A DNA stretch of 44,079 bases from Cytophagaceae bacterium (GTDB taxonomy: Bacteria; Bacteroidota; Bacteroidia; Cytophagales; Spirosomataceae): NCBI GenBank assembly GCA_031414675.1, contig JANNWE010000330.1, positions 1 to 44,079 of the forward strand, written 5' to 3'. This document shows positions 26,692 through 36,177 of this stretch, in pieces. The notes beneath the pieces are model-generated. The model did no database searches, had not been told where the DNA came from, and was given only the letters and a program-made list of their open reading frames with translations. Positions within the stretch are counted from its first letter, which is position 1. Each line of letters begins with the position of its first letter. The translations under genes and the position numbers were made by a program.

Positions 26692-27528
26692 ATGAAAATA
26701 ATAGAAACTAAAATTGAAATACAAGCTTATCTCAAAAGTAATTCGAATTCAAAAATAGGATTTGTACCAACCATGGGTGCACTGCATCAAGGGCATTTAG
26801 AACTTGTTAAAAGGTCAAAGATAGAAAACGACCTATCGGTTTGTAGTATTTTTGTTAACCCTACTCAATTTAATAATTCAGAAGATTTATTAAAGTATCC
26901 AAGAACCTTGGAAGAAGATTGCAAAAAATTAGAAGAAATAGGTTGCGATGTTGTCTTTGCACCTACTTTTGAAGAAATGTACGCTTCCATGCCAACACTT
27001 AAATTTGATTTTGGACATTTAGAACATATTATGGAGGGTAAATTTCGGCCTGGACATTTTAATGGAGTTGGCATAGTGGTATCAAAACTTTTTAACATTT
27101 TAAAACCTACACATGCATATTTTGGGCAAAAGGACATACAGCAAGTTGCAGTAATTAAATCCTTAGTTAAAGATTTAAACTTTGATTTGAAAATAATTGT
27201 ATGTGATACGATAAGAGAAAAAAATGGACTGGCAATGTCATCGCGTAATATCAGGCTTTCTGAACATGCAAAGGAAATAGCACCTAAAATCTATGAATCT
27301 TTATTGCTCGCAAAAAAACTATTGCTAATGGGAGTAAATGCTGAAAATACTAAAATAGAAATAAACAACTTTTATAAAAATTTCCTGCCATTTGAATTAG
27401 AATATTTTGAAATAACTGATTATAACTCCTTACAAAACATTGCATTTCATAATCCAGAAGGCCAGACTGCGGTAATTATTGCTACTTATTTAGATGGTGT
27501 AAGACTTATTGATAACTTAGTTTTTTGA
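26692..27528 (+). CDS. panC: Pantoate--beta-alanine ligase
   Basis: VPTMGALHQGH, SIFVNPTQF, RPGHFNGV, FGQKD, GLAMSSRN, RLIDN. Confidence 0.98.
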   Translation: MKIIETKIEIQAYLKSNSNSKIGFVPTMGALHQGHLELVKRSKIENDLSVCSIFVNPTQFNNSEDLLKYPRTLEEDCKKLEEIGCDVVFAPTFEEMYASMPTLKFDFGHLEHIMEGKFRPGHFNGVGIVVSKLFNILKPTHAYFGQKDIQQVAVIKSLVKDLNFDLKIIVCDTIREKNGLAMSSRNIRLSEHAKEIAPKIYESLLLAKKLLLMGVNAENTKIEINNFYKNFLPFELEYFEITDYNSLQNIAFHNPEGQTAVIIATYLDGVRLIDNLVF

Positions 27529-27574
27529 ACTAAATCCTATATTTTGTTTGTTCCGCTTTAAACAATATTTAAAA

Positions 27575-27916
27575 ATGAATTGGAATAAAATAATCACAAT
27601 TGAAGATTTAGAAAACGTAAAAAACGAATCAAATACTATTCCCATACTTATATTTAAACACAGCACAAGGTGTTCGATTAGTAGTACTGCATTAGATAGA
27701 TTTGAAAGAGCTTGGGCGAAAAACCTTGAAAATAAAAATGTTAAACCTTATTACCTAGACCTAATTGCAAACAGAGATATTTCAAATGCTATTTCAAAGC
27801 AGTTTAGCGTACAACATGAATCTCCTCAACTTTTATTAATAAAAAACGGAGAAAGTATTTATGATGAATCGCATTATGGCATTTCTTTAGACGATGTTTT
27901 AGAAAAAATTCAATAG
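27575..27916 (+). CDS. ytxJ: Monothiol bacilliredoxin BrxC/YtxJ family protein
   Basis: FKHSTRCSIS, YYLDL...R..SN, HESPQ. ATG at 27575 preferred. Confidence 0.9.
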   Translation: MNWNKIITIEDLENVKNESNTIPILIFKHSTRCSISSTALDRFERAWAKNLENKNVKPYYLDLIANRDISNAISKQFSVQHESPQLLLIKNGESIYDESHYGISLDDVLEKIQ

Positions 27917-28533
27917 GCTATCACAACAAAATAATTAGAAAGCTTTTCAATGAATATAGAATGCTCGGATGTATAATCGGGCATTTTTATTTTACCGAGA
28001 AAAATATCTCCCTTCTTTTCGATTAATAGATGTTCTTTAAAGTCCACTTTTCTTTTACCATATAATTTATAAAGAGCTTCTTTGGCGGACCAAACGATGG
28101 ATGCTTGTTGCATATTGTCACCTATCAATTCTAATTCAGAATAAGTGCACAAACGATTTAATATTTTAAACATTTTTGCCTGTGGCTTCTCAATATCTAT
28201 ACCTAAAGGATTATACTTCCTTAAAACCACTCCAACAAAGTCTCTGGTATGCGAAATAGACATTTGCCAATCAGAATTTAGTAAAAATGGTTTACCATGT
28301 TCATCCTTATCAATACTATTAAATGAGATATTATTTTCTAGGCAAGCACGTTTTATTGTAATTCTACTTACCAAAAATTCAACTCTTTTATTTTCATTTA
28401 CTATTTCATTGGCCAACATTAGATAATCATCTTCTAAATCAAAGTTTATTTCCAATTCATTTAAAGTTTCAGTAATTTTCCATACAGTTAAATGAATTTC
28501 ATTACAAACAATTTTGTTAAAAAACAGAGGCAT
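27910..28533 (-). CDS. 4'-phosphopantetheinyl transferase (Sfp-like)
   Basis: GKP, SISHT, GIDIE, WSAKEALYK. Confidence 0.9.
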   Translation of the reverse strand: MPLFFNKIVCNEIHLTVWKITETLNELEINFDLEDDYLMLANEIVNENKRVEFLVSRITIKRACLENNISFNSIDKDEHGKPFLLNSDWQMSISHTRDFVGVVLRKYNPLGIDIEKPQAKMFKILNRLCTYSELELIGDNMQQASIVWSAKEALYKLYGKRKVDFKEHLLIEKKGDIFLGKIKMPDYTSEHSIFIEKLSNYFVVIAY

Positions 28534-28595
28534 AATTGGGAATGAAAAGTAATTTTTCGAGAATCCAAGGCAAATTAAAGTATTAATTAATAAAA

Positions 28596-29501
28596 ATGAA
28601 TTTTAATATTCAAAAAATAGATTCTTTTACTGGACATCGCGACTGCATTTACACATTAGCTGAAGGAATAAATCCAACATCATTTTTTTCTGCTGGGGCA
28701 GATGGAATGGTTGTGAATTGGTCAACTCTTAGTCCAGATCTAGGAAAACCACTCGTAAAGGTTCAAAATTCAATTTATTCTATTTTACATAATAAAGAAA
28801 ATAATGAACTCTTGATTGCAAACAATTTTGAAGGAATCCATTTAATTAATTCAGATTCTCTCGAGGAAACCGCATCTTTAAAACTTGGAAATGCTTCCTT
28901 TTTCGACATTAAAACCTATCAAAATCTATTATTTGTTGGGGATAATTTGGGCCAAATTCATGTAATTGACAAAGAAACACTAAGTTTCAAAAAACATTTA
29001 AAAGCCTCAGAAAAGAGTGTTAGAAGTATTGCAATTAATGAAAATACTGGGGAAATGGCAGTAGCTTATAGCGATTGGTTAATTAGGGTTTTTGATCTTG
29101 ATACGTATAAATTAAAATATGTTTTAAAAGGCCATAAAAATTCTGTTTTTACTGTAAAATATATTAACGATGGCAAAACTTTGGTATCAGGTTCGAGAGA
29201 CGCGCATTTGTTAGTTTGGGATGCAGAAAATAAGTATAATTTACAATTAGATATTCCAGCCCATTTGTATGCGATAAATGATGTTATATATTTGGAAGGC
29301 TTAAATCTTTTAGCCTCCTGCAGTATGGATAAATCAATAAAACTATGGAATGCCGACAATCTTAAGTTAGTAAAAGTAATAGATAAAGCAAGGCACGCCG
29401 GACATGCAACTTCCATAAATAAACTCCTTTGGATTAACGAAACCCAAACTTTATTGTCAGCAAGCGACGACCGCACAATATCAATGTGGAAATTATTTTA
29501 A
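28596..29501 (+). CDS. WD40-repeat beta-propeller protein
   Basis: Repeated GH...(S)...D..I..W units (GHRDCI, GHKNSV...SGSRD...VWD, SMDKSIKLWN, ASDDRTISMW). About 7 blades, no signal peptide. Confidence 0.9.
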   Translation: MNFNIQKIDSFTGHRDCIYTLAEGINPTSFFSAGADGMVVNWSTLSPDLGKPLVKVQNSIYSILHNKENNELLIANNFEGIHLINSDSLEETASLKLGNASFFDIKTYQNLLFVGDNLGQIHVIDKETLSFKKHLKASEKSVRSIAINENTGEMAVAYSDWLIRVFDLDTYKLKYVLKGHKNSVFTVKYINDGKTLVSGSRDAHLLVWDAENKYNLQLDIPAHLYAINDVIYLEGLNLLASCSMDKSIKLWNADNLKLVKVIDKARHAGHATSINKLLWINETQTLLSASDDRTISMWKLF

Positions 29502-29652
29502 AATGTTTTCATTTTTTTGTTATTTTGTGAAAAATAAATATAAATTACTCCTAAACGAACGTATCTTTAAGAAATATGGAGATATTATCTGTTTTTTTTC
29601 CTTTGTTTTAGTTTAAAAATAATTGCAAAAAGAGTATCCAAAAAAATAAAAA

Positions 29653-30870
29653 ATGAAGATTACAGCATTAGAAATAAAACAGCATGAGTTCGAAAAATCA
29701 TTTCGAGGATATGACATCGACGAAGTAAATAATTTCTTATCTAACTTAGCTCAAGAATGGGAAAGGCTGCTAAATGAAGCTAAAATGCTTAAAATGCAAT
29801 TAGAAATTTCAGAAAAAGAAGCTTCGAAATTAAGAGAAGTAGAAATGACTCTAATAAAAACGCTACGTACAGCTGAGGATACTAGCACAAGAATAACAGA
29901 AAATGCGAGTATTGAAGCCTCAAAAAAAATAGAAAATGCACAACAACAAGTAAATGAAATGCTTAATGAGGCAGAAAGCCAAGCTAAACAAATTCTAGAG
30001 GATGCACAACAAAAAGCAGCAAGCATTCAAACCACAGCCAAATTGGAGTTCGAAGAATTAGAACATAACTTTATTTCTTTAGAATTAAAAAAGAACAATT
30101 TGATAGATGCTATACAAAGTATTGCAAATGAAGCAAATATCATTGTAAATAAGCACATTACAGGAGTTAAAACCGAACAAACCAGTATAAATTCAAGTTC
30201 AAAAAAACCATTGGAAATTAAGAAAGAAATAAATTCAGCAAGCTTAGAGATAGAGGAAATGCCAATGGTTGAATCTTTTGAAACTGAATTAAAGCAGGAA
30301 AACATGGAAATAGAAGAAAATGATGATACACAGCACCTAAATTTTTCCTCGGCTGTTAATGAAATTCATCTTGAATCTATAAATGAAAAAAATAATATTG
30401 AAATTATAGAAGGCATTGGTCCAAAAATAAAAGAAATTCTAAACAATGCAAGAATATTAACTTTTAGAGATATTGCAACGACACCAATCTATCGAATAAA
30501 AGATATTTTAAATGCTGCAGGCCCTCATTTTGGTATTCACGATCCAAGCTCTTGGGTTGAACAAGCATTATTAGCGGAAGAAGAGCAATGGGAAAAATTG
30601 GAAGAATTGAAAAAGTTTTTAATTGCCGGCAAAATACCTAAAGAAAAACAAGAACCAATTACTGCTACCCGACTAGAAACCAATGAAAGTAATACGGAGG
30701 AGATGTTGGACAAAGTAAACAAGGTAAAAGCTGCCATAAGAAAAGCGATGGTAGAAAAAGGGGAAAGTAAAACACTTAATGATGTTTTGCAAAAAAGTGA
30801 TTCAAAAACTATCAATGAATTTGTTGCTGAAAAAAACCAAGGAGGTTCATTTTTTGATAGCCTAAGCTAA
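29653..30870 (+). CDS. DivIVA-domain coiled-coil protein with internal helix-hairpin-helix module
   Basis: ITALEIKQHEFEKSFRGYDIDEVNNFL (DivIVA), long coiled coil, IEGIGPKI...TF..IA...AAG.....HDPSSW.EQA.LA. Confidence 0.85.
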   Translation: MKITALEIKQHEFEKSFRGYDIDEVNNFLSNLAQEWERLLNEAKMLKMQLEISEKEASKLREVEMTLIKTLRTAEDTSTRITENASIEASKKIENAQQQVNEMLNEAESQAKQILEDAQQKAASIQTTAKLEFEELEHNFISLELKKNNLIDAIQSIANEANIIVNKHITGVKTEQTSINSSSKKPLEIKKEINSASLEIEEMPMVESFETELKQENMEIEENDDTQHLNFSSAVNEIHLESINEKNNIEIIEGIGPKIKEILNNARILTFRDIATTPIYRIKDILNAAGPHFGIHDPSSWVEQALLAEEEQWEKLEELKKFLIAGKIPKEKQEPITATRLETNESNTEEMLDKVNKVKAAIRKAMVEKGESKTLNDVLQKSDSKTINEFVAEKNQGGSFFDSLS

Positions 30871-30873
30871 TTT

Positions 30874-31230
30874 ATGGGACAAATTACCTTAGAGGGTATG
30901 GAATTTTTTGCCTATCATGGACATATGGATGAAGAGCAAAAAATTGGAAATAAGTATTCCATTGATGTCACAATTGACGCGGATTTATCAGCACCTGCAA
31001 GTACTGACAATTTAAAAGACACCATAAACTATGGAGAAGTTTATGGAATGGTAAAAACTGTGATGGCTAAAAAACACAGACTTTTAGAACATGTTGGTTA
31101 TGAAATAATTACAGCAATAAAAGCAAGATTTATCAATATTCAAAAAGTAACTGTGCAAGTTTCAAAATATAATCCACCTATAGGTGGAGTCTGCCATAAA
31201 GCCAAAGTAACTTTAGAAGAAGTATTTTAA
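30874..31230 (+). CDS. folB: Dihydroneopterin aldolase
   Basis: LEGMEFFAYHG...EEQ..G, D.L.DTINY, LLE, KYNPPIGG. Confidence 0.95.
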   Translation: MGQITLEGMEFFAYHGHMDEEQKIGNKYSIDVTIDADLSAPASTDNLKDTINYGEVYGMVKTVMAKKHRLLEHVGYEIITAIKARFINIQKVTVQVSKYNPPIGGVCHKAKVTLEEVF

Positions 31231-31242
31231 AATAAATAAATT

Positions 31243-32427
31243 TTGAAAAAAAGGGAAAATATTTTTACCCTCCAATTTTGGTTGCTTTGTACGAGTTCAT
31301 TCTTGTTCTTTTCAAGTTTTAATATGTTGATTCCCGAATTGCCGGACTACTTATCAAGCATGGGTGGTGGTGAATTTAAAGGATTAATAATAGCTCTATT
31401 TACACTTACAGCAGGAATTTCAAGGCCTTTTAGCGGAAAGCTGACAGACAGAATTGGAAGAGTTCCTGTAATGGCCTTCGGTTCACTTGTTTGTTTTGTG
31501 TGTGGTTTTTTGTATCCCATCTGCACTACCGTATTTCCATTTTTACTTCTTAGGTTGGTTCATGGTTTTTCTACTGGCTTTAAGCCCACAGGCACTGCCG
31601 CATATATTGCAGATATTGTTCCAATAAACAGAAGAGGAGAGTCAATGGGTCTACATGGGCTTATTGGAAGTTTAGGTATGGCTTTTGGGCCAGCTCTAGG
31701 ATCTTGGATTGTTCAAGAGTTTAACATGAATACCCTCTTCTATGCTTCTTCAGGATTATCCCTTCTTTCAATTTTAATTTTAGTTAATATGAAAGAGACA
31801 CTGGAAGCATCTCAAAAAGAAAAATTTAAGTTTTCGCTCTTAAAAATAAATCGATCTGATATTTATGATAGTTCAGTTAAACCTGTGGTTATTGTAATAT
31901 TTTTCACTTCATTTGCATATGGAACAGTTGTAACTCTTATTCCGGATTTAAGCAAAAGTATTGGAGTGGCAAATAAAGGTTATTTCTTTTTGGTTTACAC
32001 CCTCGCTTCAATAGCTATTCGTTTTTTGGCAGGAAAATGGTCTGACAAAAATGGAAGAGTTCAAGTTTTAGTTTTGGGATGTTGGATTCTAGTGATTGGA
32101 ATGATAATTACTGCTTATACCACCAATCTAACCACTTTAACTATCTCTGCCATATTTTTCGGGGTAAGCATGGGCATTCTCTCCCCTATTTGCCAAGCTT
32201 GGACTATAGATTTGTGTGAGGAAAAATCCCGAGGAAAAGCAATTGCAACCATGTATATTGCTCTAGAATTTGGAATTGGAATTGGTGCATTTTTACCAAC
32301 CCTTGTTTATCAAAACCAAATCAAAAATCTACCCTTGACATTTTTATTTTCAACTTGTTTTGTGGCTATTGCACTGATTTATTTAATTTTTTATAAGAGA
32401 AAAAATAATATTTCATTTATTAAATGA
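31243..32427 (+). CDS. MFS transporter
   Basis: About 12 transmembrane helices, motif A GKLTDRIGR and GKWSDKNGR, TTG start. Confidence 0.9.
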   Translation: MKKRENIFTLQFWLLCTSSFLFFSSFNMLIPELPDYLSSMGGGEFKGLIIALFTLTAGISRPFSGKLTDRIGRVPVMAFGSLVCFVCGFLYPICTTVFPFLLLRLVHGFSTGFKPTGTAAYIADIVPINRRGESMGLHGLIGSLGMAFGPALGSWIVQEFNMNTLFYASSGLSLLSILILVNMKETLEASQKEKFKFSLLKINRSDIYDSSVKPVVIVIFFTSFAYGTVVTLIPDLSKSIGVANKGYFFLVYTLASIAIRFLAGKWSDKNGRVQVLVLGCWILVIGMIITAYTTNLTTLTISAIFFGVSMGILSPICQAWTIDLCEEKSRGKAIATMYIALEFGIGIGAFLPTLVYQNQIKNLPLTFLFSTCFVAIALIYLIFYKRKNNISFIK

Positions 32428-32549
32428 AATATTCAAAGGTTCTTTAACACTATAAAAAAATAGAATTCTATTTCAATTTCTCTTTTTTACTCAAAAATCT
32501 AATTTTTTATTATTTTGAAAGTAAAATTTTTAGTAATTAAATATGGCTT

Positions 32550-32557
32550 TATCTTTG
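32550..32557 (+). promoter_or_regulatory. sigmaA -7 element for folD
   Basis: TATCTTTG 16 nt upstream of the ATG. Confidence 0.6.
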
Positions 32558-32573
32558 TCAAAAAAAGATAACA

Positions 32574-33455
32574 ATGCAGATTATTGATGGTAAATTAATT
32601 TCCACGGAAGTTAAAGCCGAATTAGCCCTAGAAGTAGAAAAAATAAAATCGATAGGGGGGAAAATACCTCATTTGGCAGCTGTTTTGATTGGGGATAATG
32701 GATCTAGTGAAACTTATGTTTCAAGTAAAATAAAGTCTTGTGAACAAATAGGTTTTAAATCTACATTAATAAGACGAGATAACACAAGTACCCAAGAAGA
32801 AGTAATGGAGATAATTGCACAATTAAACAATGACCCAGACATTGACGGTTTTATTGTACAACTACCTTTACCTAAACATATAAATGTTGATCAAGTGATA
32901 GAAGCCATAGATCCTAAAAAAGATGTGGATGGTTTTCATCCTATTAACTTAGGAAGAATGGCAAAAGGACTGCCTGCTTATATATCCGCAACGCCATTTG
33001 GAGTCTTAGAACTCATTAAAAGGTATAAAATTGAAACTTCTGGAAAACATTGTGTAATTGTAGGAAGAAGTCAAATTGTAGGCTTACCAATGAGTATATT
33101 AATGCAAAGAAATACCTATCCAGGCAATTGCACCGTTACTTTGGCACATAGTAAAACCCAAAATCTTAAAGAAATTTGTTTACAAGCTGATATTCTAATA
33201 GCCGCTTTAGGAATACCAGAATTTATTACTGCAGAAATGGTGAAAGAGGGTGCTGTAATAATTGATGTGGGTTTAACAAGAGTAGAAGATCCTTCTAAAA
33301 AAAGTGGCTTTGCCCTTAAAGGAGATGTGAAATTTTCAGAAGTTGCTCCAAAAACAAGTTATATAACTCCAGTGCCAGGTGGAGTAGGATTAATGACTGT
33401 GGCTGCGTTGATGTATAATACGCTTTTGGCGTCTCAGAAAAAGATTTATAGTTAA
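32574..33455 (+). CDS. folD: Bifunctional methylenetetrahydrofolate dehydrogenase/cyclohydrolase
   Basis: [37 protein letters not shown]. Confidence 0.97.
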   Translation: MQIIDGKLISTEVKAELALEVEKIKSIGGKIPHLAAVLIGDNGSSETYVSSKIKSCEQIGFKSTLIRRDNTSTQEEVMEIIAQLNNDPDIDGFIVQLPLPKHINVDQVIEAIDPKKDVDGFHPINLGRMAKGLPAYISATPFGVLELIKRYKIETSGKHCVIVGRSQIVGLPMSILMQRNTYPGNCTVTLAHSKTQNLKEICLQADILIAALGIPEFITAEMVKEGAVIIDVGLTRVEDPSKKSGFALKGDVKFSEVAPKTSYITPVPGGVGLMTVAALMYNTLLASQKKIYS

Positions 33456-33519
33456 TAATTCAAGATAAAATCTAAAAAGGGCTTAATTTTTGAATCCATT
33501 GAATAAAAACAGAAAATAA

Positions 33520-34347
33520 ATGTTTGCAGAAGCCTTTAAGTTAGCGTCAAGCTACACGCTTCCACTTTTAGTATCAAATAGATTCTATGATGGAACAGTG
33601 GAAAGTGGAATTGGTAGCTTTGTAATAATCAATAAAGAGGGGTGGATTGTAACTGCGGCTCATATTTTACAAGGGATTCAAACACACCAACAAGATATTA
33701 TAAGTTTAAACACTTATAATAATAGTAAGACCTCTAATACTAATCAAAAACCTAATCCAAAATGGCTAATTAATCATTCCTTATGGTTTGGTGCAGACCA
33801 CCACGTGATCAAACAATTTCATATATTATTTGATAATGATCTAGCAATTGGTAAAATTGAAAATTTCAATTCCTCTCTAATAAAAAATTACCCCGTTTTT
33901 AAAAATCCACATTCCATTGAGCCTGGTACTAGTTTATGTAAATTGGGCTTTCCTTTTTATGATGTTAAAGCAAGTTTTGATGAAACTCAAAATAATTTTC
34001 GATTTGACCCAAGTACATTTCCTATTCCATTTTTTCCAATAGATGGAATAATGACAAGAAATATTATTTCAGGTAAAAGCCCAGATGGCCTTTATGAATT
34101 TAAATGGCTTGAAACGTCTAGCCCTGGCTTAAAAGGACAAAGTGGAGGCCCAACTTTTGATAAAGAAGGAAAAATTTGGGCTATACAATCTCAAACTAGG
34201 CATTTACCTTTAGGCTTTTCTCCTAAAATTCATAATGGAGAAAAAGAAATAGAAGAGAATCAATTTTTAAATGTAGGTTGGGGAATTCATGTAGAAAATA
34301 TCTTAAAATTCTTGAATAGTCATAATGTAAGCTATCAAGTGGATTAG
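33520..34347 (+). CDS. Trypsin-like serine protease, single domain
   Basis: GSFV, TAAH (His), DLAI (Asp), GQSGGP (Ser). Confidence 0.85.
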   Translation: MFAEAFKLASSYTLPLLVSNRFYDGTVESGIGSFVIINKEGWIVTAAHILQGIQTHQQDIISLNTYNNSKTSNTNQKPNPKWLINHSLWFGADHHVIKQFHILFDNDLAIGKIENFNSSLIKNYPVFKNPHSIEPGTSLCKLGFPFYDVKASFDETQNNFRFDPSTFPIPFFPIDGIMTRNIISGKSPDGLYEFKWLETSSPGLKGQSGGPTFDKEGKIWAIQSQTRHLPLGFSPKIHNGEKEIEENQFLNVGWGIHVENILKFLNSHNVSYQVD

Positions 34348-34388
34348 AATTTAATTAATTTCTTCCCTAAAATACTATTATTTTTTAA

Positions 34389-34396
34389 TAAATTTG
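34389..34396 (+). promoter_or_regulatory. sigmaA -7 element
   Basis: TAAATTTG 61 nt upstream of the acyl-CoA ligase ATG. Confidence 0.45.
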
Positions 34397-34457
34397 GAAG
34401 AATAATTGAATTGTATTATTTTTAAAAATTATATAATTTTTATCACAAACCCTTCCA

Positions 34458-36119
34458 ATGAAATTTACCAAAGACAACACATTATTAGATTTTTTTTACA
34501 ATTGGGAAAAAGAAACTCCTGACAATGTTTATTTAAAACAACCGTTTGGAAATACCTGGAAAGAATTTACCTGGAAAGAAACAGGACTTCAAGTTCGAAC
34601 AATTGCTAGCTATTTAAAAAGTCTAGATTTACCTGAAAAAAGCAATATAGCATTGATTTCAAAGAACTGTGCCGAATGGATAATTACTGACTTGGCAATT
34701 ATGCTTTCAGGTCATATTTCTGTTCCTTTATATCCAACATTAAATGGTCCACAAATTAACCATGTCTTACTGCATTCGGGTTGTAAAGTTGCTTTTATTG
34801 GAAAGCTAGATGATTGGAAATCAATGAAGTCAGGAATACCAAATGATGTAAAATGCATTTCATTTCCTACCTACAATCCTGATAATTCCCATGAGCAATG
34901 GAATACTATTCTTAAAAACCACCAACCATTAATGGAAAACTATCAACCAATAATGTCTGATATAAATACAATAATTTATACTTCAGGCACAACTGGTAAT
35001 CCAAAAGGTGTAATGGCAACATTTGGGTCGTTCTCAGAATGTATCAAAAATACAGAGCATATGACTTTTTTGAATAGACCTAACAATAGGTTTTTTTCGT
35101 ATTTGCCTTTGTGCCATATTGCAGAAAGAAACATTGTTGAGGCTGTAAGTATTATCTCTGGTGGCACAGTGTTTTTTGCAGATACTTTGGAAAGCTTTGC
35201 TCAAAATTTAAGAGAAGCAAGTCCTACGCATTTCTTGGCTGTTCCTAGAATATGGACAAAATTTCAGCAAGGTATTCTTTCAAAAATGCCACAAAAGAAA
35301 CTTAATTTATTCTTAAATATTCCTATTTTAAATTCCATTGTAAAAAAGAAAATAAGAGTTGGATTGGGATTAAATGAAACAATAATAAACTTAACAGGAG
35401 CCGCTCCAATGCCTACTTATTTGATTCAATGGTTTAGAAAAATAGGCATTGTGATTCAAGAGGCATATGGTATGACGGAAAATTTGGGGGCTGTGTGTAT
35501 GATGCCTTTGGGTAAAATAAAAGATGGAACAGTTGGGAAAATATATCCAAATATGGAAGTTAAGATTTCTCCAGAGACTGGGGAAATTTTAAATAGATCG
35601 CCTTGGAACATGTATGGCTATTATAATGAGCCAAAACTTACCGCTGAAACTATTGATAGTGAAGGCTGGCTTCATACAGGAGATGTAGGCGAGGTAGATT
35701 CAGAAGGTTATCTAAAGATTACTGGGCGTGTGAAAGAAATGTATAAAACATCAAAAGGCGAATATATTGCTCCAAGCCCTATAGAAGTTGGTTTTGCTGA
35801 AAATACTAATATTGAGCAAGTTTGTTTGGTTGGTCAAAGTTTACCACAACCTATTGCATTGATAATTGCTTCTGAAATAAGCAAACAACTTTCAAAAGAA
35901 GAACTAGTAGATGCATTGAAAGAAACATTGAAAAACTTAAATCCAACTTTGAAATCATATGAAAGAGTTCAAAAAATAGTTGTAATGAAGGAACCATGGA
36001 GTGTTGAAAATAACAAACTTACTCCAACTATGAAAATAAAAAGAAATGTGATAGAAAAAGAATTTGAATCAAAGTTTGAAGAATGGTACGAAGCAAAAGA
36101 AACTATTGTTTTTGAATAG
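34458..36119 (+). CDS. Long-chain fatty acid--CoA ligase (AMP-binding)
   Basis: IYTSGTTGNPKG, YLPLCH, EAYGMTE, GWLHTGDVG, GRVKE, LTPTMKIKR. Confidence 0.92.
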   Translation: MKFTKDNTLLDFFYNWEKETPDNVYLKQPFGNTWKEFTWKETGLQVRTIASYLKSLDLPEKSNIALISKNCAEWIITDLAIMLSGHISVPLYPTLNGPQINHVLLHSGCKVAFIGKLDDWKSMKSGIPNDVKCISFPTYNPDNSHEQWNTILKNHQPLMENYQPIMSDINTIIYTSGTTGNPKGVMATFGSFSECIKNTEHMTFLNRPNNRFFSYLPLCHIAERNIVEAVSIISGGTVFFADTLESFAQNLREASPTHFLAVPRIWTKFQQGILSKMPQKKLNLFLNIPILNSIVKKKIRVGLGLNETIINLTGAAPMPTYLIQWFRKIGIVIQEAYGMTENLGAVCMMPLGKIKDGTVGKIYPNMEVKISPETGEILNRSPWNMYGYYNEPKLTAETIDSEGWLHTGDVGEVDSEGYLKITGRVKEMYKTSKGEYIAPSPIEVGFAENTNIEQVCLVGQSLPQPIALIIASEISKQLSKEELVDALKETLKNLNPTLKSYERVQKIVVMKEPWSVENNKLTPTMKIKRNVIEKEFESKFEEWYEAKETIVFE

Positions 36120-36127
36120 AAAAGAAT

Positions 36128-36170
36128 AAAAAAAAAGGTTGCATTCAATAAAAATGCAACCTTTTTTTTT
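36128..36170. terminator. Bidirectional intrinsic terminator
   Basis: A9-GGTTGCATT-CAATAAA-AATGCAACC-T9 between convergent genes. Confidence 0.88.
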
Positions 36171-36177
36171 GCCTTTT

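Noticed and set aside
27910-28533. Sfp-like PPTase as marker of a secondary-metabolite cluster
   Set aside because: No NRPS, PKS or carrier-protein genes nearby. More simply the housekeeping ACP-activating enzyme.
32428-32573. Possible folate or ZTP riboswitch before folD
   Set aside because: The promoter element is 16 nt from the ATG, leaving no room, and there is no structured GC-containing sequence.
34553-34580. 13-bp direct repeat TACCTGGAAAGAA
   Set aside because: In-frame coding repeat (TWKEFTWKE), only two copies. Not a CRISPR or mobile-element signature.
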